Shown piece after piece: positions 44,480 through 57,699 of a stretch of 64,000 bases of DNA. The position numbers were made by a program, and so were the translations under genes. Under the pieces are notes generated by a model. That model was not told the origin of the DNA. It did no database searches and saw nothing but the letters and a program-made list of their open reading frames with translations. Source of the DNA: the human T2T-CHM13v2.0 reference genome, Homo sapiens. The stretch lies in NCBI RefSeq assembly GCF_009914755.1, contig NC_060925.1; one strand, given 5' to 3'. Every line of letters begins with the position of its first letter. Position 1 is the first letter of the stretch.

Positions 44480-45600
44480 TTAAGTAATTTTTAAATTGAG
44501 ATATAATTAACATACATTACAATAATCTTAAGTGTTCTATTTGAAGAGTTTTGACAAATATCTACTCTTGTAACCATGACCCAAAATAAGATGTAGAACA
44601 TTTTTCCATTCTCATGGAAAGTTTCTTGGTGTCTCTTTACATGTAATGTTTTTACTACTCACAGCACCTCTAGGACCACTGTCTGGTTTTTATCATGGTA
44701 GATTAGCTTTGCCTGTATTTCTACTTTCTATAAGTTGGATCATATAGTATGTACTCTTTTGTTTCTGGCTTCTTTGACATAACATGTTTTTAAAATTTTA
44801 TCTGTGTTCTTGCATGTATAATAGTTCAGTCTTCATTATAAGAAATTGCCAATCTGTTCTTCAAGTAGGTGTACCATTTAATCACTTCCACCAACAGTGT
44901 ATGAGAGTTCTGGTCACTCAACGTTCTCACCAACATTTGGTGTTATCAGTCTTTCTGATTTTAATTATTTTAGTGGAGATGATGTTTGATAATTCTTTTG
45001 TTTGCTGCTTGCTATTTTTTTCTTAGCATATTTATCCCTTCTTTCTGGTTCAGTTTCCTTCTTATAGTAATTCTTTCAGTGACAGTCTCTGAGTCTTTTA
45101 TGTTTGTTTATAAAGTCAGCCTGACCTGATAGTTTATCATATAAATACTTGGTTGATTGGTGTTTTCCTTAATATTTGAAAACTGTTGCTCCATTTTCTT
45201 TTTACATCTATTATTATTAATGAGAAGTCTGTATCAGCCTAGTTGTCATTCTTTTGTAAATAATGTGTTTTCTCTTGGTTTGCTTAAATATCTTTTTCTG
45301 TGTTGATATTTTGAAGCTTTTATTCTTAAAACTCATTCTTTAATTCTAGAAAATTCCTAGATATGTCTTCAAATTGCTTCTCCCACATGTTCTCCAGTGT
45401 CTCCAGCTGGAACACCTATTAGATGCATGTTTGGCTCTCTCATTTATCTTCTATGTCCCTTAACCTCTTTTTCATATTTTCTTTTTAACTGCTACCTTAT
45501 AAGCAGTTTTCTCAGACTTTTCTTCCTAATCACACATTTTTTCTTTAGCTTCATCTAATCTATTCATCCATTGATGGATTTCAGTGACTTAATTTTGTAG
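44480..45600 (-). mobile_element. Old L1 (L1ME-like) fragments
   Basis: L1 3'UTR motifs 'ttttaaattgagatataatt...tcacttccaccaacagtgtatgagagttc'. Confidence 0.6.
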
Positions 45601-45614
45601 TCCTGTAAGTTCTT

Positions 45615-45908
45615 TGTTTTTTTGGGGGGGACAGAGTCTCACTCTGTCGCTGAGGCTGGAGTGCAGTAACACCGTGTCAGCTCACTGCAACCTCCGTCTC
45701 CTGGGTTCAAGCAATTCTCCTGCCTCAGCCTCCTGAGTAGCTGGGATTACAGGCACCCCCCCACCACGCCAGCTAGTTTTTATATTTTTAGTAGAGACGG
45801 TGTTTCGCCGTGTTGGCTGGCTGGTCTCGAACTCCTGACCTCGAGTGATCCACCTGCCTCGGCCTCCCAAAGTGCTGGGATTACAGGCGTGAGCCACTGC
45901 GCCCAGCC
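45615..45908 (-). mobile_element. Alu (AluS-like)
   Basis: Antisense dimer. Confidence 0.92.
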
Positions 45909-46200
45909 AGGAATTTCTTATATATTCTAGATATCAATTCCTTATTGCCTTTAAACTTTGCAAATATCTGCCATTTCTGTCATTTGTCCATCTGTCTCTA
46001 TTATCCTTTGACAGAAACCTTTAATACCTATACAGTCAAATTTATTTTCTTTTTTCAGCTTTCGGGGCATTGTTTCAGAAGTCTTTGCCTTCTGTTTCAA
46101 AGGTCCCCTCTGACATTTTCTGCTATTAGCTTTTATAGATTTACTTTTCACATCCAGGTCTTCCTCATGTGGTTTGTAATTATGAGCTTCTTTTCTGTGT

Positions 46201-46352
46201 CGTTGTTGTTGTTGTTGTCGTTTTTTGTATTTTTAGTAGAGACGGGGTTTCATCGTGTTAGCCAGGATGGTCTCGATCTCCTGACCTCGTGATCTGCCCG
46301 CCTCGGCCTCCCAAAGTGCTGGGATTACAGGCGTGAGCCACCGCGCCCTGCC
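46201..46352 (-). mobile_element. Left-arm-only young Alu (AluY/Sc-like) with (CAA)n tail
   Basis: The left monomer and linker run directly into (gtt)n; TSD cttttctgtgt at 46190-46200 and 46353-46363. Confidence 0.85.
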
Positions 46353-47490
46353 CTTTTCTGTGTTTTTCTTTTTCTCTATGTGAGTCCCTGTGTTTTTTCT
46401 GCTGCATGCTAGAGACCAGTTTTTATGTTAATTTCTTGACTTGAGATTCCTGTATGATACAGAGTATAAATTTGGATGCTATACCTCTGTATGGCATAGA
46501 CATGCATTTTACCTTTTTTCCTGCTGATGGCCTAGATAATAAGCAACTTTTATTGCTGTTTCCCTGAGCCAGTGAGCAGATTTTTGAGACTGCATATCAA
46601 GGAAGGATCAGCATTTGAGGCTCTGGGCTTTATGCAAGGGTCTCAGTGCTAACTCCCCACCTTCTACCTGCCTGAAGCTACATTTGCAGTCTCCATGTGA
46701 GTATTAATGCTTCCTCCTCCCAGCTTAGGGCCTGTACAGGAGTTTGAAACCCCTGTAGGCCACCATGGTCTCAATTCCCACTTACTGTTCTAGCTTTGAT
46801 TTTGATGTTTCTTTCATTTCAGGTACCTAGGGATTTCTTTTCTTTAATTTTTTTTCAAGCCTATGTATTTTAAAAGCATTTTTATGTTTTATCCAGCATT
46901 TCTGTGTATTTGTAGTGGGAGAAAAAGAGCCATTTACTTCAGCTCAGTGTGCCATTTTGCCAAAAGTCTGTTTTTTAATTATTATTGCATTAATCTCAGT
47001 AAATTTTCAATTTTAGACATTGCCAACTTAGATTCATTATGTAGCCATTGACCACCCTTGAATGTTTTAGGCCTTAACGGTTCCCATTTTCCTTTCATTG
47101 CTCAAGCTTATAATCACCTTTTTAGTATCTATATATTGGTAAGCCAGATAATTAGGTTCAGTTTTCTTTTTAACCTTGCCCAGTTGCTCATTCTGCTGAA
47201 GTTTTTCTTTTTCTCTTCTTATTTAGTTGTTCACAAAAACATTAAATAGCTCTGACCACATAATGCTTGAAATATCTCCCTCTGCATCTTGGGTGAATCT
47301 TCTCTTGTTTAATCTGATGTGGGTACCCTCCCCAGAAACTTAAAAGCAACCTTTTAAGTTTGAGTCTATCCCGAAAATATAATTCCAGTCACTTGTTTCT
47401 TACTAATAAGAATGTTTAAAAAGATCTAATGTATGTCCAGGTAAGTCTTTTGGTTTACTGTAATCCGTAAGACTTATGTCTTGTTTTACC

Positions 47491-47519
<29 letters not shown>
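47491..47519 (+). repeat. Poly-A tract (29 nt) with no adjacent Alu or L1 body
   Basis: Direct reading. Confidence 0.9.
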
Positions 47520-47522
<3 letters not shown>

Positions 47523-48493
47523 CATTACATTGGTGTAATTTGTTTCTTAGAAAAACCTCATCAGTGCCTGTTTATGGTCTTTTGTTATTTGCAAATTGAA
47601 TTCTTGTTCAGATTTTTCTCAAATATTAATTTAAATATTTATTTAAATATTAAAACTAGAAAAAAATGTTTTTCTAGTTTTAAATCTTATGGAATTTTCC
47701 CCTCCTCTTTCCATAAAACACCAAGAGATAAAAATTCCAGTCGCCTACTAGAGCTACTTCTATTAGATAAAAGCCACTTACCTCCTAGGACTGTTCTTCA
47801 TTTGTTTAAAAATATATGTGCATTTTTATAATATAGATTAAAACAGACTGTATTCAAAAAGTAGGGGTAGACATTCTTAAAGATTTTCTTTGAGCAAGCT
47901 GAAAACAATCATATGAATTCATGAATGCCCAACAATATTAGGTACATGGTATAGAAGGGGCTTGGGGTAGTTAGAACTGAAACATTTATATTTATTTCAG
48001 CAAATCTTTATTTTAATTAATAAACTATTTTTTTAGAGCAGTTTGAGGTACATGCAAAATTAAGCGGAAATTACAGAGGGTTTGCAGATCCCTCCCCACT
48101 CCCATTCTCCACACATGCACAACCTGTCCCACCATCCATGTCTCACACCATATTGGTACATTTCTTATAATTGATGAACCTACATTGACACATAATTCTT
48201 ACCCGGAGTCCATAGTTTACATCAGGGTTCACTGTTGGTGTTGTGCATTCTGTGGGTTTTGACAAATGTATAATGACTTATATTTGCCATTGTAGATTCA
48301 TGAAGAATAATTTCACTGCCCTAAAAATCCTCTGTGCTTTGCTTATTCATCCCTCCCTCTCCTCTAACCCCTGGCGATCACTGGTCTTTTTTACTATCTA
48401 TATATTTACCTTTTCCAGAACGTCATATATTTGGAATTATAAAGTATGTAGCATTTTCAGATTGACTTCTTTCACTTAGAAATATGCATTTAA

Positions 48494-48808
<315 letters not shown>

Positions 48809-51800
48809 TTAAGTTTCCTCCCTGTCTTTTCATGGCTTTATGTCTCATATCTTTTTAGCACTTTTTAGTCCATTGTCTGGATGTACCACAGTTTATTCAT
48901 TATATCTACTTCTTGGTTGCTTCCAAATTTTGGCAATTATGAATAAAGCTGCTTTATAAGTATCATGTGTAGGCTTTTGTGTGGCCATAAGTCTTCAACC
49001 CCTTTGGTTAATTACCAAGGAATGTGATTACTAGATCATGTGGCAAGAGTATGTTTGGTTTTGTAAGAAACTGTTAATCTGTAGAATGTCTGTACTATTT
49101 TGCATTCCCACCGGCATTGAATGAAAGTTCCTGTTTCTCTACATCCTCGTCAGCATTTAGTATTCCCTGTGTTTTGGATTTTGGTCATTCTGATAGGTGT
49201 GTGATGGTATCTTGTTTTAATTTGCAATTCTCTAAAGACATACCATGTACAACATCTTTTCATTTGCTTATTTGTCATCTGCATATCTTCTTTGATGAGG
49301 TGTCTGTTCAGGTCTTCTGCTATTTTTTAATTGGGTTGTTTTCTTATTGTTGAGTTTTGAGAGTTCTTTGTGTATTTTGGATAATAGTCTTTTATCAGGT
49401 GTGTTTTTTGCAAATATTTTCTCCCAGTCTGTGGCTTGTCTTTTCATTCTTTTGACATTGTCTTTCATGGAGCAAAATTTATTTCTGTCATGGATTGTGC
49501 CTTTGGTGTTGTACCTAAAAAGACTGCCATAGCCAAAGTCAACTAAGTTTTCTCCTATGTTAACTTCTAGGAATTATAATTTTGTATTTTACATATAGGT
49601 CTCTGATGTATTTTAAGTTAATTTTTGTGAAGGGTGTAAGGTCTATGTCTAGATTCATTTTTTCGTATGTGAATGTCCAGTTGGTTCCAGCATCACTTGT
49701 TGAAAAGATACTCTTTGCTTCATTTTAGTGCCTTTGCTCCTTTGTCAAAGATGAATTGACTATATTTGTGTGGGTCTGTTTCTGGGCTTTCTGTTCTGTT
49801 CCACTGGTCTACTTGTCTATTCTTTCACCAATACCACATTGTCTTCATTATTGTAGCTTTAAAATAGTAAATGTTGAAGTCATTATCAGTCCTCCAACTT
49901 CAGTCTTCTCCTTCAATATTGAGTTAGCTATTTTGGTCATGGGGAAGATCTGAGTCTCTGAAAATATTGAATATTTCTATCTAACAACATGGGATATCTC
50001 TCCATTTTTAAAGTTCTTTGATATCTTTCATCAGAGTTTTGTTGTTTTCTTCATATAGATCTTGTACATATTTTGTTAGATTTATACCTAAGTATTTCTC
50101 TTTTTGGGGTGCTAGTGTAAATGGTAAAGTTTTTAATTTCAAATTCTACCTTATTGCTGGTATATAGGAAAACAATTGGCTTTTGTATATTAACCTTATG
50201 TCTTACAACTTTGTTATAATCTCTTATTAGTTCCAGGAGGTTTTTTGTCATTTCTCTTTAATTTTCTGTAAAGACAATCATGTAGTCTGCAAACAAAGAC
50301 AGTTTTAACTTCCTTCCCAATCAGTATACCTTCTATTTCCTTTTCTTGTCTTGTTGCATTAGCTAGGACTTCCAGTACAGTGTTTAAGATCAGTGGTGAA
50401 CTGGGATATCCCAGCCTTGTTTATAATCCCAGCAGGAAGACTTTGAGTTTCTCACCATTATGAGTGATGCCAGCTGTAGGTTTTTTGTAGATGTTCTTTA
50501 TGAAGTTGAGGCAGTTCCCCTCTATTTCTAGTTTGTTGGAGTTTTTATCATGAATGGGCATTGGATTTCTGCCAGATGCTTTTTCTGCAGCTTTCTGTTG
50601 ACATGTTCACATGATTTTTCTTCTTTAGCCTGTTGATGCGATGGATCACATTAATTGATTTTGAATGTTGAACCAGCCTTGCATACCTGTGAGAAGTCCC
50701 ATTTGGCTATGATGTATAATTCTCTTTAGGCATTGTTAGAGTCAAGTTGCTAATATTTTGTTGAGGATTTTTGCATCTATCTTAACGAGAGATACTGGTC
50801 TGTGGTTTTCTTTTCTTGTAATGTCTCTGTGTGGTTTTGGTAGAGGGTTAATGTTGGCCTCAAAGAATGAGTTGGGAAATATTCCCTCTGCTTCTATCTT
50901 CTGGAAGAGTTTGTAGAGAATTGGTATAATTTCTTTCTTAAATATTGGGTGGAACTCATTAGTGAACACATCTGGGGCTGTTGCTTCCACTTTGGGGAGG
51001 TTATTGTTGATTCACCTACTTTAATAGATATAGGCCTATTCAGATAGTCTATTGCTGCGTGTGTGAGTTTTGACAGATTGCATCGTTCAAGGAATTGGAT
51101 CATTTTATTTAGGTTATATTTGTGGACATTCATAAATTACCTTATATTTTTAATGTATATGGGGTATACAGTGATACTGATATTAATAAATTGTATTGTC
51201 TATTTTTTTTTCTTTGTTACCATGGCCATCTTTGATTTTCTGACATTTGAAAACTATATGCCTAGGCTCAATGTCTTGAGTTTCCTGGATCTGTGATGTG
51301 GTGTCTGTCATTAATTTGGGGAAATTCTCAGTCATTATTGCATCAAATATTGCTGCTTTTCTCTCTTCCCCTTCTGGTGTCCCCATTTTGCATTAGTTAT
51401 TTCTTTTCTAGTCTTCCCACTGTTAGATATTCTGTTCTGTTTTCTTCTTCTTTTTTTACTTTGCTTTTTCGTTTTGGATTGTTACGTCTTCAAGCTAGGA
51501 GATTCTTTCCTCAGTCGTGTCCAGTCTACTAATGAGCTCATCAAAGGCAGTCTTCATTTCTGTTATGGTGTTTTTTATCTCTAGCATTTCTTTTTGATTC
51601 TTTCTTAGAATTTCCATTTCTCTGCTTACATTATCCATCTATTCTTACATGTTTTGTACTTTTTCCATTAAAGCCCCTGGCTATTTAATCATAGTCTTAA
51701 AAAAAAAAAATCCTGGTGTGCTAATTCGGACATTCTTGCTATATCTGAGTCTGGTTTTGAAGTTTGCTCTGTCTCTCCAAACTGTTTTTGGGTTTTGTCT

Positions 51801-52419
51801 GTTTGTTTGTCTTTTAGTATGCCTTGTAATTTTTTGTTGAAAGGTGGACATGATGTACTGCATAAAAGGAACTGCTATAGCTAGGCCTTTAGTGATGTGG
51901 TAGTAGGGTGCAGGGGAGGAGAAGCTTTCTGTAGTCCTGGGATTCAGTCTCAATCTTTTGGTGAGCTTGTGCCCCTGGGCTGTGAACTTCCCAAGTGCTC
52001 TCAGGCTTTTTTGCTCCTTAGATGGTACAGGATGGCTAGAGGGAGCTGGAGTTGGGTATTTGTTTTTTTCCAGGTAGGTTAGGCTCTGAGAAAACTGTAG
52101 CCAGTTAGGCTCTTGTAAAATAGTTTTCTTGAAGGCAGGCCTTGTTAAAAACAGAGTGCTCTGGCAGATTTCAAAATGGTTCCTTTTCCCTCTCCCGCTG
52201 CTGGAAGCAAGAGGGGATTTTTCTTCACTATTCGTTGTGAGGACTTGTTAGAGCTCTAGGAGGTAAAGCTCACAGAAGTGTTGGGGGACCCCTATGACTG
52301 AGTCCCCCCCAGAGTTTTTAACTCTCAGAGTTGTGCACACTGAGCCTCCAGTGATTCGATTGCAGTTCAGGTTTTCTTAACCTGGCACTTGTTCCTACAG
52401 AGGCGTTTGTTCATACATT

Positions 52420-52426
52420 TTTTTTG

Positions 52427-52457
<31 letters not shown>

Positions 52458-52737
52458 GAGACGGAGTCTCCCTCTGTTGCCCAGGCTGGAGTACAGTGGC
52501 ATGATCTGGGCTCACTGCAGCCTCTGCCTCCTAGGTTCAAGTTATTCTCCTGCCTCAGCCTCTGAATAGCTGGGGTTCCAGGTGCCCGCCACCATGCCTG
52601 ACTAATTTGTGTAATTTTAGTAGAGACGAGGTTTTGCCATGTTGACCAGGCTGGTCTCGAACTCCTGACCTCAAGTGATCCGCCCGCCTCAGCCTCCCAA
52701 AGTGCTGGGATTACAAGCGTGAGCTGCTGCGCCTGGC
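52420..52737 (-). mobile_element. Alu (AluS-like) with (GTTTT)n tail
   Basis: Antisense dimer. Confidence 0.93.
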
Positions 52738-53089
52738 TTGTGTTTTTTGTTCAATAAGTTGTGATTCTCTGTGTCTGCCTGTCTGTCTCTAATTTTAGGA
52801 ACAGTGATTTGCCCTGTGACCTTTCTTTTCTGACGAATTAAAGAAGAGTTGTTGATTTTTCAGTTTGTTCAGTCTGTTTGCTTTTAGGACGTGGTGACTT
52901 CTAAGCTCCTGACATACCAGAATGGAAACTGGAACTCTGAAATATTTTTATTTATATTTTTATCTGTCAATTTCAGTGTCAGTAAATGTAGAAATGGTGG
53001 AGTGGAAAGAGAATCATCCATAATCCTCTAACAAAAGCAATTACTGGTTTTTTGACATATGTCTTTCCGCCCTTTTCTTAGCGTACTTT

Positions 53090-53830
53090 TTTCTTTTACA
53101 AGTGAGATTACATAATTTCCTCAAACATCCTCAAAGATAAGATCCTCAAACCCAAAACTGAACTAGATGTCTCTTCCCCTAAACTGTCTGTTCTTGTATT
53201 ATCTGGATCATCTTATCATCCACCCATTCACCAAGCCAGGAACCTGGGAATTGTTTCTCTCTGTCCTTCACATCCATTCAGTCCCTAAGTCATGACAGCT
53301 ATACTTTGCAATGTTTTTTTGGCTCTCTCCTATTACCAGTTCTCCTGCTTGAAGCCCTCATTGATTTTCTCCTGATCTCCTGCAATAATAGAGCCCGTCT
53401 CCAGCATTATCCCCCTCAAATTCTGTACACATGTTACTTAGGTGGTATATTTAAAATGCATATCTGACCACATGACTTTGCTGCTTAAAGCCTTTCAAAT
53501 GCCTCAATGGCTGCTCATTGCTTTTAGGATAACCTCCAAGCTCGTAAGCATGGCCTATATATCCCTCTGTGGCCAACACCCCTGCCTGCCTCTCCAGATT
53601 CATCTCTTAACACTCCTATTCCCTGCTTTATGTTCCAGTAATAATCTCAGTTCCTAATCCTCCTGCCTGCTACCACGGGATGTTTTCTTATCTGCATGCC
53701 TCATGCAGGCGTCCCTGCCAGGATTGCCTTTTCCTCCCATTCTTTTTACCTCATCTGTGCGTCCGTATCTTTTAAGACACAGGTCAGCTGTTTTTCCCTC
53801 AAAGCTTTACTCTAACTCCTGGACTCTCCT
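53090..53830 (+). mobile_element. L2 fragment
   Basis: 'caagccaggaacctggga...tctgaccacatgactttgctgcttaaagcctttcaa...ctcattgcttttaggataa'. Confidence 0.7.
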
Positions 53831-53879
53831 ATCCCCCAAACTGTGTTTGTGTGTACAAATCCATCATTATGTTGCCTTT

Positions 53880-55140
53880 TAGTTATTTATTCATTCTACC
53901 AAGTAATCAACAGTATTTGTGTTAAGCAGAATTTTAAGCACTGGGATACAGCAGGTGATAAAATTAAGTTCTTACCCTAATGGAGCTTACATTCTAGTGA
54001 AGGAAGATAGATAATAACAAATAAAAATATAGTATGTCAGTAGGCGATAAGTGCTATGCTGAAAAACAAAGCAGACGAAGGAGCGGGATGTTCTGAGGTT
54101 GGAGGGGAGGTTGCTTGTTGAAAAAACATGGTCAGGAAAGGCCTTACTGCTAACATGGCCTCTGAGCAAAGGGCTGGTAGAAATGAGCCAGCCAGCCAGG
54201 CACAGATATACTAAGCATGCTCAGCCCTGAGTCAGAGAACGCAGAGCATGCTTAGTATATTCCCAGGTCAGCAAGGAAGGCAGAGTTCTCAGAGCAGAAT
54301 GGGTGAGGGGGAGAGTGAGTGGTAAAAGATGAGGTTAGGAGCCGATGACAGCCAGATCATGATTAAAGGCTTGCTAGGCCATTGTAAGAACTTTGACTTT
54401 TACTCTAAGACTGGAAGCCATTTAAGGCTTTTTGTGCAAAGCAGCAGCAAGATCTGGCTGTGTGTTAAGTAGATTGCTCCGCCTACTGGGTTGAAGATAG
54501 GATGAGGTAGGGGTAGCAGTAGGGGAGGATGGAGGCATGGAGGCTAATTAGGAGGTTGCTGCAGTAATCTAGGTAAGAGATGATGGCAGTTTGGACTGAC
54601 TAGAGAGGAGCCAGTGAAGGAAATTAGCGGTTGGATTTTGGATATGTTTTGAAGGTAGAGCCAACAGGATTTATAAAGGATTGGATATAGCGTATGAGAA
54701 AAAGCAAAAGTCAAGGATGACTTGGTTTTAGTCTGAAGAACTAGAAGGACAGAATTGCTGTGAGGTGGGAAAGTGGCAGGAGAGTTTTGGATATGTTACG
54801 TTTCAGAAACCAGGTTCCAGTTGGAGATGTTGAATAGGTAGTTGGAGGTCTACATCAGGAGTTCAGAGGAACAGGCTGAGCCAGAGACATAAATCTGAAA
54901 GCTGTCAGCATTTAGATGATATTTCAAAGCTATGGAATCAGAAGAGAGGGAAGGTAAGAGGCGGGATGACTGGGTCCTCGAGCACTCCAAGCTTTAAAGG
55001 CTGCGCTGATGCAGAGGACTCAACCAAGGAGACTGGGAAGGCATGGCTAGTGAGTGAGAAGGAGAACCAAGTGAAAAATGTATTTTCAGAGGAAGAGAAT
55101 GATGACCTCCGTCCCTTGTTAGGGCTAGACTGAATAAGCC
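53880..55140 (-). mobile_element. L2 (L2a-like) fragment
   Basis: 'gcactgggatacagcagg...ggagcttacattctagtga...aggccattgtaagaactttgacttttactct...gaaggtagagccaacaggattt'. Confidence 0.8.
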
Positions 55141-55583
55141 AAGGACATTGTATTGTAAGTCTCCGTCTACATATTTATCTCCTCTAGGTGGCTGAGAGCT
55201 TTTTGGGAGCAGGAATGGTAGTGTAGTTAGAGCTTCGAAGTCAGTGAGATGGCTGTTTTTCCTTAGGGTGATTCTCTTGGTCCTTCAAAGCTCCAATCTC
55301 ATCTGTAAAATGGGGAGGAAATAATATCTTTTCCACTGAATCGTTGTGAGAATCAAATGAGACCGTCCATACAAAGCATTATGCACAGTCTCTTTCATAT
55401 ATTTAAACACATAATGATAATGATCATTACTGATTTAGTATACCTGGCATACTGTCCCTTCCTATTAAGCAATATTTGTTGGATGAATGAGTGAAATGCC
55501 TTTCTGTTCATTTAGCGTTTCATTCAAGGCCTTTCCCTATGGTTTTTTGAAGTTTTAACCTGGTATTTTGTGGGTTTCTCTAG

Positions 55584-55652
55584 GGCCTGTCCTCCCAAAG
55601 CCAACTCTAAGGAGAGGAGAGGAAGAGCAGTTCTTGGGGCAGAGTTGACGCA
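55584..55652 (+). other. ZBTB40: ZBTB40 exon 2, 5'UTR part
   Basis: Acceptor gtgggtttctctag|G at 55583. An in-frame TAA at 55608-55610 rules out an N-terminal extension of the main ORF. Confidence 0.85.
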
Positions 55653-56349
55653 ATGGAGCTCCCCAACTACAGCCGGCAGCTGCTGCAGCAGCTGTACACT
55701 CTGTGCAAGGAGCAGCAGTTCTGTGATTGCACCATCTCCATTGGTACCATTTACTTCAGGGCTCACAAGCTTGTCCTGGCTGCTGCCAGCCTCCTGTTCA
55801 AAACCCTGCTGGATAACACAGATACCATCTCCATCGATGCATCTGTGGTGAGCCCCGAGGAGTTTGCGCTCTTGTTGGAAATGATGTACACGGGCAAACT
55901 ACCTGTGGGCAAGCACAACTTCTCCAAAATCATCTCCTTAGCAGACAGTCTACAGATGTTTGATGTAGCTGTTAGCTGCAAAAATCTTCTGACCAGCCTT
56001 GTAAACTGCTCGGTTCAGGGTCAGGTGGTAAGGGATGTCTCTGCGCCATCCTCAGAGACATTCAGAAAGGAACCAGAGAAGCCTCAAGTAGAAATCCTTT
56101 CATCTGAAGGTGCTGGAGAGCCTCATTCTTCCCCAGAGCTTGCTGCCACTCCAGGGGGCCCTGTGAAAGCTGAGACTGAGGAAGCAGCCCATTCAGTTTC
56201 ACAAGAGATGAGTGTGAATTCTCCCACAGCCCAGGAGAGCCAGAGGAATGCAGAAACCCCAGCGGAGACTCCTACTACAGCTGAAGCTTGTTCCCCCTCC
56301 CCTGCTGTGCAAACCTTTAGTGAGGCAAAGAAGACAAGCACAGAACCAG
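55653..56349 (+). CDS. ZBTB40: ZBTB40 first coding exon: BTB/POZ domain plus an acidic, Pro/Ser/Thr-rich linker (697 nt, phase 1)
   Basis: MELPNYSRQLLQQLYTLCKEQQFCDCTISIGTIYFRAHKLVLAAAS... carries the BTB hallmarks (FCD, FRAHKxVLAAxS, F..LL..MYTG.L); I recognise it as the ZBTB40 N-terminus. Kozak gcaATGG; donor CAG|GTAACA at 56349/56350. Confidence 0.95.
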
Positions 56350-56581
56350 GTAACAGTCATTGTTTTATATTCCATCCTTCTGTTTTCAATGATCTTTATC
56401 AGTTTTAATGTTTGATTAATAAATTTATCAAAGACCACTGTTAGGTAGAAAACCAAAATTCAGTGCAGTACCGTACTGGGCCATTCTTTTAAAAGTGTCT
56501 GTGTTTTTGAACATTGAAAGTCCAAACATGAACTACAGAGCAGAAAAGCAGTATTGGAATAATGACGTACCATTTCGATAA

Positions 56582-56897
<316 letters not shown>

Positions 56898-57103
56898 TGA
56901 TTATCTGCTATTTTAACCAGGCTGAGGACAGCACAAAGGAGGAAGCTGTGAGAGATACTGTTGTCTGTTATTCATAACTGATGTGCTAGACAGAGATCAG
57001 TTAAGTGCAGTATATGACCTGAAGGTGCTCAGACAGCTTAAACTTGTAAAAATTTATTTCAAGTAATGAATTTCTGATTTGTTTTATTTTGTTCTACATT
57101 TAG

Positions 57104-57237
57104 GATGTGAAAGGAAACACTACCAGCTGAATTTTCTTCTAGAAAATGAAGGTGTCTTCTCAGATGCACTCATGGTTACCCAGGATGTTTTAAAAAAACT
57201 AGAAATGTGTTCAGAAATTAAAGGTCCACAGAAGGAG
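57104..57237 (+). CDS. ZBTB40: ZBTB40 second coding exon (134 nt): (G)CERKHYQLNFLLENEGVFSDALMVTQDVLKKLEMCSEIKGPQKE
   Basis: Acceptor ttttgttctacatttag|G and donor GAG|GTAGGC. The phase fits exon 2 (G+GA = Gly); cumulative CDS is 831 nt = 277 codons. Confidence 0.93.
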
Positions 57238-57699
57238 GTAGGCACCTCTGACTTTTGTACTTGTTTGCTAGTTTAGTGTTCTCAGGATACCTTACTAACT
57301 TTTTATATGGGGCAGAAATAGCCCAGGGTTTCAATGTTTTGAAACTTTAATTTTTTTTTTTTTTTGGACATTTATTCCCTAAAGGGCAGTCTTGCAAAAG
57401 TACTTAGGCAGGATACTTTCAAAATGACATTACATCTTGATCACCAGGAGAATCCTAGCTTCTAACCAGTTTTGATCCAGAATACTTAACTGATCATACC
57501 ATTTACTCCTGATTAATCACAGATAAGATTAAGAAGGTAGCCATGTATAACCTCAAACCTGAGACTTAAACCATTAAAATTAAAACAAAACAACAGATAC
57601 TCAAAACATGAACAAAAAGGACTTTATATAAACTTATAAATTATTGGTAAAATGCATCTAATATTTAGGAATAACAGTGGCCATTTTCAGACATAAAAA

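Noticed and set aside
49117-51386. Reverse-transcriptase-like and ORF1-like peptides
   Set aside because: They are fragmented, frameshifted remnants of an ancient L1MC, not an active or domesticated gene.
55524-56456. Antisense ORFs over ZBTB40 exon 2
   Set aside because: They are short shadow frames of a real coding exon, with no antisense promoter or splice evidence.
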